Below, piece by piece: positions 57,950 to 64,000 of a DNA stretch of 64,000 nucleotides (the stretch's first letter is position 1; every line of letters starts with the position of its first letter). Made by a program: the position numbers and the translations under genes. The DNA is from the human T2T-CHM13v2.0 reference genome, Homo sapiens. The notes below the pieces were generated by a model that was given only the letters and a program-made list of their open reading frames with translations, was not told where the DNA came from and made no database searches. The stretch lies in the NCBI RefSeq assembly GCF_009914755.1, contig NC_060933.1. One strand, written 5' to 3'.

Positions 57950-58117
57950 CTATCTATCCATCTATCTATATGGAGAGAGACAGAGAGAAAGGGAGAGAGG
58001 GAGTCTCTTTAAGTTGCTCAGGCTGATCGGCTGATCTTGAGCTCCTGGCCTCAGATGACCCTTCTGCTTCAGCCTTCCAAAGTCCCGGGATTAGAATTGT
58101 GAGCCTCCACACCCACC
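57917..58117 (-). repeat. (TG)n/(TATC)n/(GA)n compound microsatellite next to an Alu monomer (57998-58117)
   Basis: Seen directly; diverged reverse left-arm Alu follows. Confidence 0.8.
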
Positions 58118-59654
58118 CCCAGCATTTTTTTTCAGTCATTGAGAATATGTCAGAAGATAAAATAAATTCCCTGCCTTCGTAAGACTTATGTTCTAGAGAA
58201 AAAATACAGAATATAAGTGAATAACTAAAGAAAATGCATAGTTAATCAGATGGCCATAAGTGTAATGGCTAAAGATAAGCAGAGAAAGGAGATAGGAAGT
58301 GGTTCTGTGGGTGTGTGGATGTGGGAAAGATGACTGAAGTTTTAAATATGGTTGTCAGGGAAGGCCTCACTGGGAAGGTAACATGTGGGGGGATTGAAAA
58401 GAGAAGAAGAAAGTCATGGAGAAAAGCACTGTAGGCAAAGAGAATAACCAGTGCAGATTCCTGGAGGTGAGGGTGTGCTTGAAATATTTGAGAAATAGCA
58501 AGACACCTACTTAACTTTTAGACTGTTTTAAACTTTCATTTATGATTTCAACAAACGTTAATTGAATATTCAATGTGGCCCAAACACAGTGCTAAGATCT
58601 GGGAGCACCAATATGAGTAAGTAACTATTATACTTATTTGATGCTTATGTGCATCTAGTAAGGGCTCTACTCCTAAAATGAAAAATAAATAAATAAATAA
58701 ATATCTAGACACAATAATGACACAGAGTAGTTTTAGTTATTTCTCCTGGCACTGGTTTGAGGAAGGATAATAATAGTCTGTGAGAAACATTTAGAGTAGT
58801 AACTAAAATATACTTTGACTTGAAGCCACACTCTCTCTCCCCCAACACCCAAACAGAATCACTGGAAGGTTTCATTTCAACTTCCTACCAGAGCTCTGAA
58901 TGGCTTAAATGCTTTTTATGGCATTTTCTAAAGCTGCCTTTCATTCGGGGACATACTGCCCCATGTTCACCATCTGGAAGTTTTTTTTACAGAAGCTATT
59001 TCTTTAATCACTACCTCCACTGCTTTCATGCTATCCCAAGCCACTGATTTTATAGCTGGGGAGACCAATGTTTAAAGTGTTATTCAATTCTTCTCTCCAG
59101 AGAAACTTAGTAAAATTTTTCTTGAACTACATTAAAGTTGATAATAGTCCTACCTTCTACAATATATCAGTGACAGTGATGTAAATGGGTTAATGTCAGT
59201 AATACATTTGTAGGGATTAGCATTGCCACAGTCAACAAGAGCCCTGTTTTTCTGTTAGAAAAAGAAACTCATTTTAGAGACTAGTGCTAAGAACCTAAAG
59301 TGATTATTTTAAAGTTATCTTGTCAAACGTATGGAATCAAGTAATTTATATTATATATCTATAGTAAATGTTGATGTAGTTACTAAAGATCATGTTTGCG
59401 AAAGTATTTAGTCATGAGTAAATATTTCTTTTAATTCTGAAGCAAAAATATGAAGAATCTAATTTGAATATTCACTATCATCCCAACCAAATAAATAATA
59501 TTAATAAAAAGACAGAACAAAACCAGTAAATTGTTGATAATTGTTATTGGTAGGTAGTAATATTTAGTTTTTTAAATATTCTTCAGTTTTCCAAGTGCTG
59601 TATATGATATTTTAAATTTTTATCTTTTTAAAAATTTATTTATTTATTCGATAT

Positions 59655-59788
59655 TCAGGAGGCTGACGCAGGAGGATTGCTTGAGCCTAGGATGCCGAGG
59701 TTGCAGTGAGCCGTGATCATGCCACTGCACTTCAGCCTCGGAAACAGGGAGAGAGAGAGTCCGTCTCAAAAAAATAAAAATAAAAAAA
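59655..59788 (+). mobile_element. Alu right-arm fragment
   Basis: caggaggctgacgcaggaggattgcttgagcc followed by an A-rich tail. Confidence 0.85.
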
Positions 59789-61219
59789 GCAATAGGATAT
59801 TATTTTTTCCCCTAAAAACAGAAGCTGTTAGGTCTGTATTTCTAGAAAATAACAGTGAACTAGATATTCTTCATGACACACTTTTTCACCGGGTAATTTT
59901 GTAGGAGCAATATTAATCTGAAATTAGATAGGATGGTGACTTATAGATCAGTTTTCAGCACTCATTGCTGAAATTTGCTGTCACTTGAAATAGCTGATTT
60001 TGAAAAACAAGCCCAAAAGATTTGTTTTTTCTTCCCAGATAGTTTGCCTATATTGGTAAATGTTTCCATCAAATGAAGAGTGGAATATTAGTAGTGTTTA
60101 CATCAAATGAAGAGTGGATCTAAAGTTTAAACATGAAGATTTCATCCGGCTATGAATGAAAGATGAGAGAGTAACGTATTTTCCTTCCTTTTTCGTTTTC
60201 ATGCACAATTCATTATTATAAAAATAATTATGCACTAATACTCAATTCTGCATTTATTTTACAAGCATAGTCAAGATCCACTAAGGCTGTCCTTCTCAGA
60301 TGTGACTGTCAGACCAGCAGCATCAGCATCACCAAAGTATGACCTACTCTGTCTGAAATTCTAGAGACAGAGCTCAACTCCAGGTGAATTACTTTATGCT
60401 AAAGTGTGAGAATTGCAGAATAAGGAAAACAGCTTAAATAATACAAACAACTAAACTAATATAGATACTCTTACCCTCTAAGCACAACTGTTATTAAAAA
60501 CCTCTTAGTAAAGTCAACTGTTCTTTCTACTCTCAGAAAAATGATTATAGTTTTTCCCTTCAGCAGATTGAGCCATTGAAAAAAAATTCCAGGCTCTAGG
60601 TTTGTGATAAACCTTCCCCACTTAAATCTTAAGTGTGATAAAAGCCTTTACCAATGATTAAACTGAGTGAAATGTTAGGCTGTCCTTAGACTGATAGAGT
60701 CATATTTATCTGGCAAACAAAGGATTAAAGGACATCTCTCCTGGAGATGTACTATGGTACTATGGGACTATGGGAAGAAGTAAGAAGCCTAGTATGACTA
60801 CTAAATTTTTAGCCTGAAAGACTAGTTGTATTTCTACCAATAATGTAAATAGAGTACTCAGGCTAAGACTTGAATTCGAGTAAATTAAACATCTTCTGTT
60901 TCAGCCTCAGTATTCTCATTACAAGTAACTAGCCTTACTTCTCAGAGTTGCCTATCCAATATCTAAGATGTTCTGAAGTGCCTTTCTCTATATCCTGTAT
61001 TTCTTTATTTTTCATCATCGGTTCCAGAAACAAAAAAAGATTTTGAACAGACCATGCAGTCTTTCCTAAGTTACCTAAGCAATGGAATCGTTCACTCAAT
61101 TAACTCTTCCTTCCCTTTTTTATAGGTGTTTAATCTATATTGAATTACTTGTTTCCAAGCTCAGCAGTTACGGGGGCAATTGCTACCTGATTTTCTATTA
61201 TTTTATAAAAGGACAGTAA

Positions 61220-61760
61220 TGTTACAGGACAGGGGTCCCAATCCAGACCCCAAGAGAGGGTTCTTGGATCTCACACAAGAAAGAATTCAGGGTGAGTCCA
61301 CAGTGCAAAGTGAAAGCAAGTTTATTAAGAAAGTAAAGGAGTAAGAGAATGGCTACCCCATGGACAGAGCAGCCCTGAGGGCTGCTGGTTGCCCATTTTT
61401 ATGGTTATTTCTTGATGATATGCCAAACAAGGGGTGGATTATCATGTCTCCCCTTTTTAGATCATATAGGGTAACTCTCTGATGTTGTCATGGGATTTGT
61501 AAACTGTCATGGCGCTGATGGGAGCGTAGTAGTGAGGAAGACCAGAGGTCACTCGTGGCTATCTTGGTTTTGGTGGGTTTTAGCCAGCTTCTTTACTGCA
61601 ATCTGTTTTATCAGTGAGGTCTTTATGACCTGTATCTTGTGCAGACCTCCAATCTCATCCTGTGACTTAGAATGCCTTAACTGTTTGGGAATGCAGCCCA
61701 GTAAGTTTCAGCCTCATTTTACCCAGCTCCTATTCAAGATGGATTCACATGCCTCTGACA
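61220..61760 (-). mobile_element. MER41A solo LTR
   Basis: Reverse complement starts TGTCAGAGGC...CCATCTTGAATAGGAGCTGGGTAAAATGAGGCTGA; 4-bp TSD GTAA. Confidence 0.88.
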
Positions 61761-61999
61761 GTAATTTGAAATTATTAATTTTAATGGACATTGTATGAAA
61801 ACCTTCCTATATATATAATCTCTATATATTTTAAGTAAAACTAGACTAGCCTTGAAACTACTTTGGTCAATCCATTTATCATTTGTGCCCTTCAGTAAAA
61901 TAAAAATAAATTCATATTTTGTTGTTTTTTTTTAGAATTCTAGAAATATTCCCCAAATTGGAAAATATGTGGACTGAGATTTGTAATCAGTTTTCAACA

Positions 62000-62552
62000 T
62001 TATCAAAGAGAAAAACATTGCACCAGACAAAATAAGCAGAGAGAAGTTGATTTCATTTCTATACTATTGTCAGCAATAGGATGCCTGAATACCCAGTCAC
62101 CCACCACCCACCCTTACGCCAAAGAGCTGGAGAGTTTTTAAAAGTTGGGATAGGGGCCATCTGAGTTTGCTAATTGGCCTTACTCAAAGGAAAAATCACT
62201 TTTCTTGTATCTTCATGACTGGAGGCAATTTTACAGCTTGGAACAAAGGCAACGTTAGGCCCCCACTCTCCCACAGAAACTGAAGTGGGGGGATGAGGAG
62301 GGGTGGTTTATCTTTCTTGACAATTACACTTCGATAGAATGGCTCTCAGATCCTTCAAAAAGCCATTCTTCAGTTCTATAACGAGTTAGAAGCTTTCAAA
62401 AAATTTACGTCTCAAAGGGCCAGAGAAAGGATGTACAACTATGTGTTTTCTAGAGTAAATGTTCTAAGAAAAGGAAGGTCAGGGTCCTAGGTGAGATAAA
62501 AGCTTGTCTAAAATTTCGTGAAATCGAGTGGAACCTTAGATCGTCTTCATCA
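62000..62552. mobile_element. ERV1-like LTR (MER34/MER101 group, tentative)
   Basis: tgctaattggccttactcaaagg...ctctcccacagaaactg motifs. Confidence 0.45.
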
Positions 62553-62788
62553 ACTTTTAACTTTTTGTGGGATTATATATATAAGCATAAAAACATAGCC
62601 TTTCATGGTTTTCTATCTTAGCTCACTGGTTAAGAAAGGGGTCTTCAAAACCTTTTCGTAAAGGAGATTTTTGTCCTATTTGAGAATATTTTAACTAACA
62701 AATGATGTAAATAAAATATTTTCTCTATAGGAACAATGTTCAACTTTTAATCAAATTTAGTTAAAAAAAATTATTTTTGAGACAAGGT

Positions 62789-63424
62789 TGAAACTGCCAT
62801 TGCAAAATTATAAATGAGAAAATTATTACAGTGAAAAAGATCTGACCTAACCCACTCCATCTTGCTTGTAATCCCCAAGCTGTTCTTGTTCACTCCTGGG
62901 TGTAGGCCAAATTAACTTTGGGAGGAATTTAGTTTATAGTTTGAAACAAAGACAATAACAGCCTTTGCAGGACTAACAAATTATCCACAAGATTAAAAAT
63001 TGTGGTTTAGGAGTCATGCAGCTGGAGGCTGCCTGCGAGATTCTAAACCTCTTCAAATTACTCCTGGTGATAACATCACTATTGTAAAACCTAAGATCAG
63101 TGTCTGAGATATTTTGCAGACCTGGCACTTGATGGATCAGTTGGCACCACCCAGATCGATAAAGTGGCTCCTCTGGTCTTGTTGCCCTCACTCAGGAAAT
63201 GACAGCACAAGAGGTCAGCCTCAACTCCCTATGATTTCATCTCCGACCCAACCAATCAGCACTCCCGACTCACTGGCCCCTACCCACCAAATTGTCCTTA
63301 AAAACCCTGATCCCCAAGTTTTCAGGGAGACTGATTTGAGTAACAATAGAATCCTGGTCACCTGCACAGAGGTTCTATGTTAATTACTCTTTCTCTATTT
63401 CCCTGTCTTGATAAATTGACTGTC
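62789..63424 (+). mobile_element. LTR8-family LTR, 3'-clipped, inserted in a minus-strand AluJ (62771-62788 and 63426-63576)
   Basis: tgaaactgccattgcaaaattataa...agatctgacctaacc; Alu tail to the left and Alu left arm to the right. Confidence 0.85.
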
Positions 63425-64000
63425 CAGTGCACTACCACACTAATTATTTTTGTGTGTATATGTGTAGACAAGGATCTTGCTATGTTGCCCAGACTGGTCT
63501 TGATCTCCTGAGCTCAAGTGATTCTCCCACCTTGGCCTACCAAAGAGCTAGGATTATAGGCATGAGCTACCAGGCCTCAAATGTAGTTTATGAAAAAATT
63601 CTTAGATTAATGAGGATCTTATAAAATGCCTTCAGGGGCTTAAGCCTCCTCCCATTTTGTCTACCTTTTGATAAAGTCCCACAGTCCTATTTGGTTTTGG
63701 TGGCCCAATAACCAAAATAGCTTGGGTCATATCAGTGGGCTCCCCATACGAATACAGCTTTAAGATAACCCTCATTCTTACTCTCTTCCTGTAAATTTTC
63801 TTACCATATTTTTTGCCCTAAGCCCTTCCTACATTAAAATTCTGGATCATCTAGAATTGTTTCATCACCACAAAGAAATGTCCTGTATTATCCCTTAATA
63901 ATCACACCCTCTTTGAACTCTAACCCTCAGCAGCCAATGACCTGATATTATCACTTTGAGAATGTTTTATAAATGCTATGTATAGTAAGTAACCTTTAGA

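Noticed and set aside
60067-60118. 18-bp direct repeat CATCAAATGAAGAGTGGA (also 16-bp tandem at 45435-45466)
   Set aside because: Ordinary micro-duplications with no further structure.
61220-61760. MER41 as an interferon-inducible STAT1 enhancer
   Set aside because: The copy looks like MER41A, the subfamily lacking the tandem GAS sites of MER41B, and I did not find tandem TTCNNNGAA motifs.

Overview
This is AT-rich, CpG-poor primate (human-like) genomic DNA dominated by interspersed repeats: about 17 Alu copies or fragments, a 5'-inverted young L1PA, older L1M/L2/MIR pieces, many solo LTRs (LTR17/HERV-W, MER50, MER41A, THE1, LTR8, MLT1, MST and others), an internally deleted ERVL provirus, and DNA-transposon fossils. 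I recognise no intact protein-coding gene, RNA gene or CpG island. The longest ORFs are L1 ORF2 remnants, and many others are Alu- or LTR-derived. The most notable non-repeat signal is a chain of + strand exon-like segments (5038-5146, 11039-11378, 16340-16464, 23864-23934, 36296-36358/36391, 47793-47846, 51313-, 56297-). Their splice phases are mutually compatible, but they carry stop codons and possibly a dead donor site. This is a candidate decayed multi-exon gene (unitary pseudogene or lncRNA) that I cannot name; I picked the segments by eye, so it is unproven. Better-supported structural oddities are two back-to-back in-place inversions inside the ERVL pol, a twin-primed L1 whose target site itself matches the internal priming site, a HERV-W LTR nested in an Alu, a ~60-nt orphan poly(A) retro-insertion, and a local templated copy of an ERVL fragment. 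Repeat subfamily names come from recalled consensus sequences and need Dfam/RepeatMasker confirmation.
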